64,000 nt of DNA from NCBI GenBank assembly GCA_965205675.1, contig OZ242186.1, positions 864,001 through 928,000 on the forward strand, in the 5' to 3' direction. Each line of letters begins with the position of its first letter. The first letter of the stretch is position 1. Both the position numbers and the translations under genes were made by a program. The notes beneath the pieces were generated by a model. The model did not search any database. It was given only the letters and a program-made list of their open reading frames with translations, and was not told the origin of the DNA. Of this stretch, positions 22,197 through 33,596 are shown in pieces. Origin of the DNA: Nitrosopumilus sp. (GTDB lineage Archaea; Thermoproteota; Nitrososphaeria; Nitrososphaerales; Nitrosopumilaceae).

Positions 22197-23024
22197 CTAA
22201 TCTGGATTTATTTTACAACTTCCATCTAAATTTCGTAATTTTTTTGCCATTACATATGGAGTTACAAGTAATATTGGAATTGAAATCGAAATGAATAACG
22301 TCTGTAATTCTACTAATGCAATTGACAATGCAATTCCACTAGCTGTTCCAACAAATATTGACAAAAATGATCCTGCACAAGTTGGACATGCAATGAATAA
22401 TCCTACTATTGCTCCTACACTACTTGCACCTCTGCCTTTCTTTGAAATTGTATATGCATTTACTGCAATTGCTGCATTTAATCCTACCAGGTATGATACA
22501 ATAATTTGTAGTATTAAATTGATTGGAATTATATTTAATCCGATGTGTTCTGTGAGATATATGATAATCTGAGGCATATATCCTGGCTTTTCATCACAAC
22601 ATGGTGCAATAAAACCTGATGGGATTACAGCTCCGTAGTGATAAGAAAAATCCACTTCTGGTTGGTAAACCAGTGTTCCCGATACTAGTGAAAAAAATAC
22701 TCCATACCCAATAAATGTGGCAATAAAGATTTTTCGGGATTTGGAATTCCATGTTGTTAGCGCAATTATTGAAGAAAGATCTTTGTCTTTTTTCTCTACT
22801 TTTTCCCTATGGTATCTGTACATGCCTAATGCAATAGCTCCAAAAGATACTATCATAATCATATAAAATCCATAAGATATTCTTTGTATGATGTCAAGTA
22901 CACTTGGTGTTAAAAGCCCCGAGTCTTGATATCTGCTATACATCAAAAATAAAATTCCGATGGTAAGACCGCCTAGAATGATTAATCTTTTGCCTTGATT
23001 GGAACTCTTAACTTGCATAGTCAT
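22197..23024 (-). CDS. Conserved multi-pass membrane protein with Cys motifs
   Basis: About 6 TM segments; APCC and ACPTCAG. Confidence 0.75.
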   Translation of the reverse strand: MTMQVKSSNQGKRLIILGGLTIGILFLMYSRYQDSGLLTPSVLDIIQRISYGFYMIMIVSFGAIALGMYRYHREKVEKKDKDLSSIIALTTWNSKSRKIFIATFIGYGVFFSLVSGTLVYQPEVDFSYHYGAVIPSGFIAPCCDEKPGYMPQIIIYLTEHIGLNIIPINLILQIIVSYLVGLNAAIAVNAYTISKKGRGASSVGAIVGLFIACPTCAGSFLSIFVGTASGIALSIALVELQTLFISISIPILLVTPYVMAKKLRNLDGSCKINPD

Positions 23025-23054
23025 GATCTTTATTATAAGAAATTAAATCCTACC

Positions 23055-24905
23055 TTAACTGAGTTTGGGAACAAAAATGTAGATAATTGCAATTATTTCC
23101 AATCTGCCAAAAATCATCAAGAATCCCAACACTATTTTTGTTGCAGGATCTGTGTCAAAATCAATTACCCCTGCAGATAGTCCTCCAGTTGTAATCACAC
23201 CTGCTGCTTCAAAAAATGCATCTTGGAATGGAACGTCTTCTATTGCCGCAAGATGTAATCCTGTAATTGCTGAAATTGTCGGAAATAATGCCAAAATGAT
23301 TAGGGTGGAGATGAGTTCTTTTTTTGATTGACTTGAAAGTTCTGCCCTTTTTACTTTGTTTAGAAATGGTCGAATATCTCTTAGATGGAATAATCTAAAT
23401 ATCTTTAAACCTCCTGCAGTTGAAAATCCACAACCTCCCACAAACATCAAAATTACCAAAATCGTATGTGATATCCCGTTTAATCCTGCAAGGCTTTCTA
23501 TTTGTAACCCTGCCGTAGTACTAGCTGATACCGAATAAAATGCACTCTGCATTGGTTCTAGACCGCTAACTGCTATAAACAAAATAGTCGCACTGCCTAA
23601 AATTGCAAAGTATGTCAAAACTTCTTTTCCAAGTTTTGGTGAAAGGAATTTCTTTCTTACAAATGCATAGTGAAATGTAAATGGTAATGCTCCTAGTATC
23701 ATTGCACCCATCAAAATCACATCTTCTTGCCAAACTAGATTATCTAGAATTGTCGATGTCGGTGTAAATCCTCCTGTCGCCAAAGTACTCATCGCCAATG
23801 AGAAATTATCTATCATTGACAGTGAAAAAATATCTATAATGTTACCTTCTCCAAATATGTGCAGCAAAAATGCCACAATTATAATGTAAATTGCAAAGAT
23901 GACTGTAATAGTTAAGAATAACTCCTTCATATGTAGTGTTCTGCCAGAAATAAAACCACGCATTGATTGTAATTTTGATTCTGGATAGAATGCGGTAATC
24001 ACTAGATAAATGAAACTCATTCCTCCTACCAGTTGAGTATAGCTTCGGAAAAATGTAAAACTTTGAGAGAGTTGTTCTGGTTCATCAAATAATGATATTC
24101 CTCCAGTGGTAAATCCTGCTGCACTGGAGAAAAATGCATTACCAAACACTTCCACGCTGGTCTCGTCACTTGGGAATACATACAGATACGGGACTGTTCC
24201 AAACAATGATAGCAAAAAGAGGCTTGAAAATACTAAAATTGACGCCTGTTGCAAATTAAGACTTGATTTTTCACCATAAGAATTTAAAAAAAACCCTGTA
24301 ACTAGTAAAAGCACTGTTGTAAGATAAATTCCTGTTGCAGTTGTTGTATCCTCTAGAACGGTTGCAACTATGGCTGGAACTAAAAGTAAAACTCCTGCAA
24401 ATTGTAACACAAATCCAAGATTACCTAAAACTGCTTTTACTGGTGGACTAAGTAAACGAGGTGCTGTTGCAGTTGCATCTCTAATTACGTTTGCAATAAC
24501 TGTTTGAAAAATCATTCCGATTACTTGATTTTTCTTTGATATTACAGGAAGCTTTCTAATGTTATTATCTCTCATTTTGTGTAATGCATCTTGTAATGTT
24601 AATTTTTCATTAATTGTAATCAGTGGCGTACTCATGATATCTTTTAGCGTTGTAGCTTCTGCGTAAACTGTGACGTCACTCACTTTACTTAGAATGTCCT
24701 CGTCTGTAACAATTCCTACTGGGAGATTATCTTTATCTGTAACTATAATGTCATCTGTTTCATAGTGACGCAGCATTCTTGCAGCCTCTCTAGTTTGTGT
24801 GTTTGATCCTAGAATTAGCACATCATTATCCATGTAGTTTGTTACAGATTTACTAAGAACGTATGATACGGCACGTTCTGGATTAGTTGACATTAAAGCT
24901 ACCAT
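23055..24905 (-). CDS. trkH: TrkH-family K+ uptake protein with an N-terminal CBS pair
   Basis: CBS motifs (VGIVTDEDI, DIMSTPLITI); pore motifs GFTTGG, LATGGF, STTAG, ITTGG; C-terminal GRLEI. Confidence 0.85.
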   Translation of the reverse strand: MVALMSTNPERAVSYVLSKSVTNYMDNDVLILGSNTQTREAARMLRHYETDDIIVTDKDNLPVGIVTDEDILSKVSDVTVYAEATTLKDIMSTPLITINEKLTLQDALHKMRDNNIRKLPVISKKNQVIGMIFQTVIANVIRDATATAPRLLSPPVKAVLGNLGFVLQFAGVLLLVPAIVATVLEDTTTATGIYLTTVLLLVTGFFLNSYGEKSSLNLQQASILVFSSLFLLSLFGTVPYLYVFPSDETSVEVFGNAFFSSAAGFTTGGISLFDEPEQLSQSFTFFRSYTQLVGGMSFIYLVITAFYPESKLQSMRGFISGRTLHMKELFLTITVIFAIYIIIVAFLLHIFGEGNIIDIFSLSMIDNFSLAMSTLATGGFTPTSTILDNLVWQEDVILMGAMILGALPFTFHYAFVRKKFLSPKLGKEVLTYFAILGSATILFIAVSGLEPMQSAFYSVSASTTAGLQIESLAGLNGISHTILVILMFVGGCGFSTAGGLKIFRLFHLRDIRPFLNKVKRAELSSQSKKELISTLIILALFPTISAITGLHLAAIEDVPFQDAFFEAAGVITTGGLSAGVIDFDTDPATKIVLGFLMIFGRLEIIAIIYIFVPKLS

Positions 24906-25024
24906 AGTTATGGATTTTAAATAATTTGGGGTTAAACATGAGTGTTGATCGTTAAAAAATAATTTACCTATTCATGTTATTGAAATTGATCTTAAACTTT
25001 TTGCTATCTTTATAAGCACTAAAG

Positions 25025-25474
25025 TTGATATTCATGCGTAATACGATGAAAATTGATCAAGCACAAGAGCCTGATTATGACTCTGTAAAAATTAATTATG
25101 TTGGATTCGTTGATCCTTATGCCGTAGAGGGCATGGTTGTCCTAAAAGCTGATAATGGAAAAGAATTCCATATGAGAGCTTTTTCAGGCGAAGTTGCAAA
25201 ACACATCTCAAGTTTTGGCGAGACTGAAGGTAAAGTTGCTCCATCTATCTACAAAATGATTGAGGAAATCTGTGAGGAAAATGAATTGGTTTTAGTCAAA
25301 GTTAAAATCTATGAAAGCGGTGATGTGTTGCGTGCAAATTTGTATTTTACAGGCAAAAAAGACTTGGTATTGCGAAATTATCGTGCTTCAGACGCTATGG
25401 CACTAGGTGTATTTTACAACATCCCTATTCTTGTTAGAAAGAATCTTTTAAAAGAAAGCATAGAGGCTGAATAA
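25025..25474 (+). CDS. Bifunctional nuclease family protein (DUF151)
   Basis: V.KVKI...RASDAMAL....PI.V pattern. Confidence 0.75.
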   Translation: MIFMRNTMKIDQAQEPDYDSVKINYVGFVDPYAVEGMVVLKADNGKEFHMRAFSGEVAKHISSFGETEGKVAPSIYKMIEEICEENELVLVKVKIYESGDVLRANLYFTGKKDLVLRNYRASDAMALGVFYNIPILVRKNLLKESIEAE

Positions 25475-25717
25475 AATCGCATTTGATTAGAATGGTTTCT
25501 CTTTTATCTCTTTGACGGGAAATCCTAAATGAAGAAGAAATATCCATATATAGTTTAGGCATATAAATTTTGAATAAACTGTCAAGTATTTTAACCCAAA
25601 AGATCTAGATCGTAGAATCAATTAATGAAACCATGTCAAAGAGTACAAGACAATCCAAGGTTTCCTCTGGGAATCAATTCATGAAAGGTACAAGCATTAA
25701 TTTTTTGAGAAAAGCAT

Positions 25718-27037
25718 CAGTAGATGGGAAAGTAACTCAATTTAGATCAAAAACTATCAATTATTCAATCAATCTATTCAGATAGAAAAAGCTTGATGGA
25801 AGTATGTCACTCCATCAAATATGCATTGTACTTCATTTGATACCATGACACACCAAGGCGTGATACTATCTAAAGCATTTGAGATTATCACTAAAATAAT
25901 GTACAATATCTTGTTGTTTCCATGCTCTAGTAAAAATAACTCACGGTTCCACAATGCAGATGCACACAATTCTATCATGTCATTGTGTTTGGGAAATTCA
26001 TATTCTGAATCTGGATTAAAGAGACTGGCAATGGAATCAGATAATGCTTCTCCAACTGGTTTCATGGTTGAGAAAAATCATATCAAAAATATCACAAAAA
26101 ACAATGCAAATTCAATTACATCAGTCACTAGATAGTACAGTATCAAAATTACAAGAACTGGGAGTATTGGAACAACCAGTTACTGTAGCAATTGACAAAC
26201 ATCTAATCCCAAGATATGACAAATTGCCAAACCATTCTTTAATAAAATCAAAATCAAAAAACAGTACTACTCATTTTGAGAGTTACTGCACCATGCAGTG
26301 CGTTGAAAAAAGAATCAGGGCTCAATTAGGTTGCTATCCTTTGTATGACAACAAATCAAATGCCGATTTTGTGCGTAAATTACTCTCTGATGGCATCAAT
26401 AATGGAATCAAGATTAAACTATTGCTAGTGGATAGGGAGTTTTTCACAGCTGGAACAATTTCAGAAATAAAACAAAAGAATCTGAAATTTCTAATGCCTG
26501 CAAAAAAGAATTCTCGAATCAAAGATGCAATTGTACAATACGTTAATGGAGATAGAAAGTCAATCTCGCCATACACAATAAAATCATCATCAGGACATGT
26601 AGAATCATTTAATCTAGTTATTCTGCCAAACAAAAATGCAAGAAAAAAATCAGATATTATTGATCAGTATGTTGTGTTTGCAACAAACGTTTCACCAAAA
26701 GAAATATCATATAACATACAAAACATTCCAACTGATTACAAGAAACGTTGGGGGATTGAAACAGGCTATGCATGTGTGGGAAGGTTCAGACCAAAAACCA
26801 CCAGTTCAAACCAATCCATAAGATTGTTGTATTTTTACTATTCATTGATTTTGTACAATGCATGGATAATTGCTAATTTGATTATCTCAGAAGAAACTAA
26901 TGTACAAAATCACAAACCAATAATATCAATTGAAATTCTCAAATATTTCTTTGTAAAGATAATTATTCATTATTTTAGAAATAACAAAAATAATTATTTT
27001 CTAGAATGTGTAACTTGAGTTACTTTCCCATCTACTG
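25718..27037 (+). mobile_element. ISH3-family element E, full length (1320 bp); transposase carries a +1 T frameshift near 26060
   Basis: Perfect 23-bp TIR cagtagatgggaaagtaactcaa; 5-bp TSD agcat; AID..DREF..YKKRWGIETGY. Confidence 0.92.
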
Positions 27038-27878
27038 AGCATGCAAGAATGAAAAAAATGCAAAAGCAAAGATAAGATTAAAGGCTGCAATACTAAGAAA
27101 ACAAAATATTCCGTATTCTGTGATATGTGCAAGTCTGGATGTCATACCATCAACTCTGTCCTACTGGCTAAATCGAATGGATGAAGAGGGAATATCTGCA
27201 TCACGCCGCAAGAAATATTCTGGTTCTAGATGTTTTTTAAATGAAAAACAACTAGTATCATTAAGAAATGATCTGATTTCAGGTCCTCAGAGATTTGGAT
27301 TTAATCAATTCATGTGGAGTACAAGAATGGTAATTACACATGTGAATAAAAAATACAACACCCTATACTCTGCACGTGGAATGCGAGAATTGCTACACAG
27401 AATTGGATTTTCATCTAAAAAACCACGTCCCACACATCATAAATCAGCCTCAAAAGAGGAACAAACCCGTTTTAAAAAAACGCAAAAAGGAGTATCAAAA
27501 AATATTCCAAATTGGGACATATCACACTATGTCTGGATGAGTCAACAAACAAGATAGCACCTAACATAAAGCGCGGATGGTATCTTGCAGAGAATAACAT
27601 TACCACACCAATTAATTACACTCGAGAAAAATTTCAATCATTTGGTGCATTGGGGAATAACGGTGTATTTTTTTGCAGGTTCTATGATAAATCAAACACA
27701 GACTCATTTCTTGATTTCTTAAAATCCTTGCAGAAACAATTTGGTAAGAAACTGTTATTATTTGCAGACAATGCATCATACCACAAAAGTGTCAGAGTAA
27801 AAGAATTTCTCAAAGCATCAAAAAGAAATGTAATCATAAGATATTTTCCTGCATACACTCCAGAACTCAATCCAATTG

Positions 27879-29120
27879 TGGAGTGGACCCCTGTTTTTAG
27901 TACCACTTTTTGCATAATCTTACATACAGTCTGATTCATTTATGTTTTCATCTCCCATAACTCCATGAATTCATCAGGAGTAAGGTATCCTAACGCAGAA
28001 TGAATCCTGGAACCATTGTAATCGATTCGTGCTTTCTCTAGAGCAACTTCGGCTTCCTGATAGTTTGCAAACTCGTACCTCCACAAGTATTCCTTCTTGA
28101 GTGTTTTGTGGAATGATTCGACATGTCCGTTTTGTTCTGGCGTGTGGTGCCAGATGAATTCGTGTCTTATTCCAAGTAGAACAACTGCTTTTCTGAAATC
28201 TCGGCTGTTGTATTGCGAACCGTTGTCAGTTCTGAGAATCAGTTTTGTGCAATCAGGCTTTGCAGTAGCTACTGCATTAATGATGCTGTTAATTGCAGTG
28301 CTCTTTGGAGCTGCCACATCAAATGAATGCCAAATCCATTTCCTGCTAAATGCATCAATCACGTTAAAGCAGTAGCACCATCTGTCAACTCCACACCAGA
28401 CATAGGTGATGTCTGTCTGCCACAACTGGTTTGGTGCATCAGGCTTGAATAATGTTCTGGCAGATTTGATGATGTCATTTTTGGTCTTTTTAGGCTCAAT
28501 CCAGCCCAATTTGTGAAATATTCTTCTGATTTGTTTTCTGTTTACAGGCTTGTTCAGTTCCCTTGAGACTTGGGATGCCATGCGTCTGGTTCCATAAGTT
28601 GGCCTTTGTTTTCCAATCTTTTGAACTACATCAGTTACTGCAGGATCTGTCTGAATCCTTCTTGGTGACTTTGAGTAATACCATTTGGATTTTGAGACTC
28701 CAATTAATAACAATGACTTGTTCAAACTGATGTGTTTGTTCAGTTGATTCACTGCAGTCATCTTTTCTGGTTCTCCAACGTTTTTTTTAAAATGTCATTG
28801 GCAATTGTGATCTCGCCGATTAGTTTTTTGAGGGAATCATTTTCCTTTTGCAGATTCTTGCAGACATCTCCGTTTGGTGTGCCATTTAATGATGCCTTGC
28901 CACCTTCTACAAATCGTTCCCTCCATTGGTAGAATGTCTGTGGATGAATATTGTACTTTCTGCACAACTCTGCAGTTGCAATGTTTGTGTTTAGTGACTC
29001 TAAAACCACTCTTGACTTTTCTGCTGATGTGAATTTGCTCTTTACCATGAGGGTAAGCCTCCCAAGTTATCTGAAAAGTGTATGTATGGGACTGGTCCTA
29101 CTCTAGAGGGGACCAGACCA
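27879..29120 (-). mobile_element. IS3-family element (orfA 28758-29048, orfB 27940-28761)
   Basis: TG...CA ends with imperfect TIR; 4-bp TSD attg; HTH orfA; rve orfB (WQTDITY, TDNGSQY, NGHVESF). Confidence 0.93.
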
Positions 29121-29371
29121 ATTGAGGTACAGTGGAGAGAAGAGAAAAATGGTAATGCCAATACATTCTTTGCAAATGGAACTGAGATGAGAAAACACAT
29201 GCAGAAGAGACTAGATAATGGAGACGTTCGAGTTGTGAAATTATTCAAATATTTAATGCCTTAACTATATTTTATGTTTGATGAATCTAAAAATAAACAT
29301 TATCGTGCAAAACTCCTTTAGATCTATTATGATGATGTTTGAGTTTTGAACTTGTTAAAAATAAATTCTTC

Positions 29372-29602
29372 TTAAACTTTCAATCGAAATTTCTCATATG
29401 CTTCTCTTGATAATTTAATTTGCTTAAGAATTTCATTAATCAAACCTCTGCCTAATATCTCATTACCGTGCACTGGAACGACTGTTTTACGACCATCATT
29501 ATGAACATATCTTACATGACTTCCAACTTGATGAATTCTTGTAAAACCTATTTTTTCAACAATTTTACACATATCTCTACCAGAAATAAGATTGAGTTTC
29601 AT
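29372..29602 (-). CDS. hicA: HicA-family mRNA interferase toxin
   Basis: GF...HQVGSHV......VVPVH...GLI..ILKQ. Confidence 0.88.
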   Translation of the reverse strand: MKLNLISGRDMCKIVEKIGFTRIHQVGSHVRYVHNDGRKTVVPVHGNEILGRGLINEILKQIKLSREAYEKFRLKV

Positions 29603-29814
29603 TATGCTTGAATCTGTTGTATTCCCACAAATCTCAAGGGTTCTATATTCTCATCTTTGTTGCAAGATGATATTGCTTCTTTGATTCTCTCTGTTGCTTC
29701 TGCTACTGTTTTTCCTTGTGTGTAACAGCCTGAGATGTCTGGAACCTTTGCTACATACATACCATCTTCATCCTGTTCTATAATTACGGTGTATGTTTTT
29801 CCTTGTGTGCTCAT
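29602..29814 (-). CDS. hicB: Short HicB-family antitoxin
   Basis: YTVIIEQDEDG.YVA.VPDI.GC.TQG.T..EA...IKEAI. Confidence 0.88.
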   Translation of the reverse strand: MSTQGKTYTVIIEQDEDGMYVAKVPDISGCYTQGKTVAEATERIKEAISSCNKDENIEPLRFVGIQQIQA

Positions 29815-30069
29815 ACGATAGAATACTTTGATATTTCTTTAAACTCTTACGATCTATCTTTTGATTTTTTAGATGATTTTATGATTTGTCAGGCGTGAAT
29901 AAATTACGGATAACAGATCTCCAGAATACCGCCGAGGACACTCTTAATCGTATGTATCAAGCCTCACGTCTAGAATTTGTTTTTAGTTTCCATTTTTGTT
30001 CCTGATGGGATGGATGACCTTATTCATACTCTTAATCTTGTTTAAATCCATCTTTTTACCTTATACACT

Positions 30070-31147
30070 AGACCTCTTGCGTAATTAGACATATTTTACC
30101 ATATTACACAAATTCCTTCACAGCAAGATCCAAAGCTAAGAACAACTTAACACATTTCCTGTTAACATACAAGCAACTCTCAAAAAAGCCAAAATCCCTT
30201 CTCTCTTTTACTGGAGTGACTAGGCAACAGTTTGATGTGATTCTAAAGGATGTCAGAAAGAATCACCGTATAGAAGAAAAGAAGAGACTATCCAAAGCAA
30301 AGAGAAAAAGAAGTATCGGAGCTGGGCGAAAGTTTGATTTGAGTCTTGAAGACCATCTTGTAATGTTGTTTGTTTACTATCGGATGTACCTGACATGTGA
30401 ATTGACAGGATATATGTTTGGATTAGACCAGAGCAACGTCTACAGAAACATCAGATTTAGAGCCGGCAGTAAGAAAAACAGTTTCTATTCCTGCAAAACT
30501 ATACTCTGATTCTAAAAAAATAAATGATGTACAGCAACTCCAACTGTTCTTTCCTGAATTAATTGCAATGACTGATGGTACTGAACAACCAATCCCAAGA
30601 CCCCAGAACAAAAAGAAAAGAAAGACTCACTATTCAGGCAAAAAGAAAAAACACACAATAAAAAACCAAACACCGTAAACCAGAAAGGTGAGATAATCCA
30701 CAAACCCCCACATTCTCCAGGTAAAAAACATGATTATGCCATACTGAAAATCAGACATCCAGAACTGCCCGAAGATGTGATGATATTTTATGACCTTGGG
30801 TATTTGGGAGTGGAAAAAGATTTCCCAGAACAGACAAGCATTCTACCATACAAGAAAAAGAAAGGAAAAAAACTGACCATACATCAAAAGGAATGGAACA
30901 AGATGCAGTCAAGAATCCGAATAAAAGTAGAACATATTATCTCTCAAATCAAAAAGTTTAGGATTAATTCTGAGACATTTAGGAATAGATTGTGCAGGCA
31001 TGATGCAATAAGTGACATCGTATGTGGAATTGTAAATTTCAAGACAAGATGGAAGCAAGAGTTTGTTGTGATTCCATAAGATTAGAAATTATTTGAAATT
31101 AAATTCAATGAAAGATAAGATTTTGTTTGTAATTACGCAAGAGGTCT
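30070..31147 (+). mobile_element. ISL2-like element C, full length (1078 bp), frameshifted transposase
   Basis: 18-bp TIR agacctcttgcgtaatta / taattacgcaagaggtct; ORF pieces 30216-30509 and 30777-31079; no matching TSD. Confidence 0.92.
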
Positions 31148-31330
31148 AAGATACAATTCCATAATGAAATATACGAGTTAAAAGTTAATCATAAAGATGA
31201 TATTATGACTGGAAAACTCTATGCAAAGTATCGATTTTTAGAAGGAGATAAAATCATAATTATCAAGAAAAAAGATGGTCAATACATGTTAGAAGCACCA
31301 GACACAAAATTATATCCTGAATTAGATTAG
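31148..31330 (+). pseudogene. 3' fragment of a hypothetical gene cut by element C
   Basis: Open frame KIQFHNEIYELKVNHKDDIMTGKLYAKYRFLEGDKI...ELD* begins right at the TIR. Confidence 0.45.
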
Positions 31331-31776
31331 TCGTATTAGGTCACTAACCTTTCCATTAGAAAACGGGTCACTGTAACTTACCAGTCCCTTTTTACTGCAT
31401 ACTGGGTCTTGGTACTTTACATGAAGATCCATAGTTGAAGTCTCATAGATATCATACTGTCTGGTTACTGAAAAGGTAGAGATTAGGCGTAAAAATCATA
31501 ACCCTATGAAATAAAAAAAGCGAAACCCTGAGATTAATGCTGATTTTAAAACAACTAATATTTTTAGAGAATTATCTCCAAGAATTATTTGGGATTTGTT
31601 TACTCGTCATCAATCATAATGTATTGGGATAAATTCCATACGATGATGTCATAAAAACAAGAAAGTTACTCTATCAAGTATTGACTTGGAATTGTCATCA
31701 AATGTGTTTGATTTTTGCTTTAGTTTCATTGATGATTTTCTGGGAAATCTGTTTTAGAGTGTCTCTTGAGTTTTTA

Positions 31777-32799
31777 CTATGCAATTTTTGTAGAATTTAC
31801 AAAAACACCTTTTTTGGGAATTATTTGTCCAATCTCTTGACTTGAGATCCTGTGTTTTTTGAAAATTGATTTTATTCTTGTTGCTTGATCTTTTGGTGCA
31901 ACCACACAAAATCCTACTCCCATGTTGAATGTTTTGTACATTTCTTTTGATTTTACTCCCCGTTCTTCTATTAATTCCATTATTGGTGGGATTTTTGGTA
32001 ATGAATCTATTTCATAGCCTATGCTTTTGAGACGTAATAATTTTGTAAATGAGCCTCCTGTTATGTGCGCAAATCCATTAATCTTGCATTTTTGATTGAT
32101 TTCCAGAACTGGTTTTGTATAAATCTCAGTTGGCTTTAGCAAGGCCTCTCCAATAACTCCTACTCCTCGGACTTTGTCTTTGACTGAATATTTTCTTAAT
32201 ATTGCTTTTCTTGCAAGTGAATATCCGTTTGAATGAATTCCTGAACTGCTAGCTCCGATAATTACATCCCCTGCTTTAATTTTGTTTCCTAGAACCATCT
32301 CTTTTTTATCCAATATTCCTACAACCATCCCTGCCAAATCAAATGCAAATCCCTCTCCTTCAATTACATCTGGCATTATTGCAGTTTCTCCCCCCACAAT
32401 TGGCATTGCTGATTTTCTTGCACCTGTTACTAATCCCTTCACAATTTTTTTAAATATAGTTACATCATTTTTATTTGCAGCAATGTAATCTACAAATGAT
32501 ATTGGTGTTGCACCAATACATATTATGTCATTAACATTCATTGCAACACAATCAATTCCTATGGTGTTGTATTTTTTCATCATGTTTGCAATTACAACCT
32601 TGGTTCCGACACCGTCTGTATGTGTAGCTAAAAGTTTTCCTCCTGGAATTTCTACTATTCCTGCATAATGGCCAAATCCGTGTGTTATCTTTGCTTTTTT
32701 CTGGAGTTTGTGAGTCGATGCAATTAGTTTTCCAATAGCTCTTTGACTTTGTTTAATTTTTGAGATGTCTATTCCTGCTTTTTTGTATGTTAAAGCCAT
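31777..32799 (-). CDS. purM: Phosphoribosylaminoimidazole (AIR) synthetase
   Basis: TYKKAGID, TDGVGTK, DCVAMNVND, GGETAIMP, SGIHSNGYSL, AHITGG, TFNMGVG; start reassigned to MALTY. Confidence 0.97.
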   Translation of the reverse strand: MALTYKKAGIDISKIKQSQRAIGKLIASTHKLQKKAKITHGFGHYAGIVEIPGGKLLATHTDGVGTKVVIANMMKKYNTIGIDCVAMNVNDIICIGATPISFVDYIAANKNDVTIFKKIVKGLVTGARKSAMPIVGGETAIMPDVIEGEGFAFDLAGMVVGILDKKEMVLGNKIKAGDVIIGASSSGIHSNGYSLARKAILRKYSVKDKVRGVGVIGEALLKPTEIYTKPVLEINQKCKINGFAHITGGSFTKLLRLKSIGYEIDSLPKIPPIMELIEERGVKSKEMYKTFNMGVGFCVVAPKDQATRIKSIFKKHRISSQEIGQIIPKKGVFVNSTKIA

Positions 32800-32848
32800 A
32801 GTTTGTTGCGTATCTGCTGTGAATAAAAGAATTTGCTTGCTGTTTCGA

Positions 32849-33574
32849 TCACATGTACATTCCAGATGTCTCTTCTCTATGCTCTGCATATTTTTGAGAT
32901 AACTCGCTAAATTCTGAATGAATTCTATCTTTTTCTTTTTGTAGTTCTGTTGTATTTATTTTCATGTCATAAAATCGATTCAGTGCTTCAATGAGGGTAG
33001 ACGCTGCTTCTGAATCTGGTGCATCTTTGTTTGCTTTTGCCAATAGGGTTAGACCCTGTATCTCTCGTACTAGGCACTCATTTAGTATGCCCCCTGGTAT
33101 CCCTGTGATGAATCCTTGTGGAATCATACTGATATCTTTGTCTGCCATTATTCTTACTAGATCCTCCTCTGCTGCACAATATGCTTTATCGTCATGTTCT
33201 GTACTTGCTACTCCGTCTAAGATTACAATTTCTTTGCAACCTTTTTGCGCTGCCCAATCTAAAATTGATGCCACTAATGTGTATAGTCCATCGAGCTTTA
33301 GTGTTATCTCGCAAATTATCGCACATATTGTTCCTTCACTGTTTGCATAAAATCGAAATGGGTGTCGTAATCTACCTCTCATAAAAACTGTTGATGGTGG
33401 CAGGTATTTTGATCTCATCACTGCAATTTCTTCCATTTCTAATTCTGTAATAATGTGGTTAATTGCAACTGGTCCTACCAACCCTGCACCAACAAATCCT
33501 GCAAAAATTATCGGATTCTTTAATTCTGTTTCTTTGATCTCAAAGACTTCAGCTTTTGGAAATTCTTTTTGCAC
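32849..33574 (-). CDS. PAC2-family proteasome assembly chaperone
   Basis: IFAGFVGAGLVG, LPP, GIPGGIL, PDSEAA. Confidence 0.85.
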   Translation of the reverse strand: MQKEFPKAEVFEIKETELKNPIIFAGFVGAGLVGPVAINHIITELEMEEIAVMRSKYLPPSTVFMRGRLRHPFRFYANSEGTICAIICEITLKLDGLYTLVASILDWAAQKGCKEIVILDGVASTEHDDKAYCAAEEDLVRIMADKDISMIPQGFITGIPGGILNECLVREIQGLTLLAKANKDAPDSEAASTLIEALNRFYDMKINTTELQKEKDRIHSEFSELSQKYAEHREETSGMYM

Positions 33575-33596
33575 AGTTTACGTCGATTTGTCCTGT

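Larger units (their letters stand above)
25551..29267 (+). mobile_element. IS630-family element B, copy 2, carrying nested ISH3 and IS3 elements
   Basis: Same TIRs as 19908-21052 and TA flanks; transposase pieces at about 25633-25717, 27038-27878 and 29121-29264. Confidence 0.92.

Noticed and set aside
29082-29264. 60-aa ORF
   Set aside because: Chimera of the IS3 end and the 3' tail of IS630 element B.
32800-32889. N-terminal extension of purM (likewise tbp 42876-42911)
   Set aside because: Overlaps the upstream gene or promoter; conserved sequence starts at the downstream ATG.
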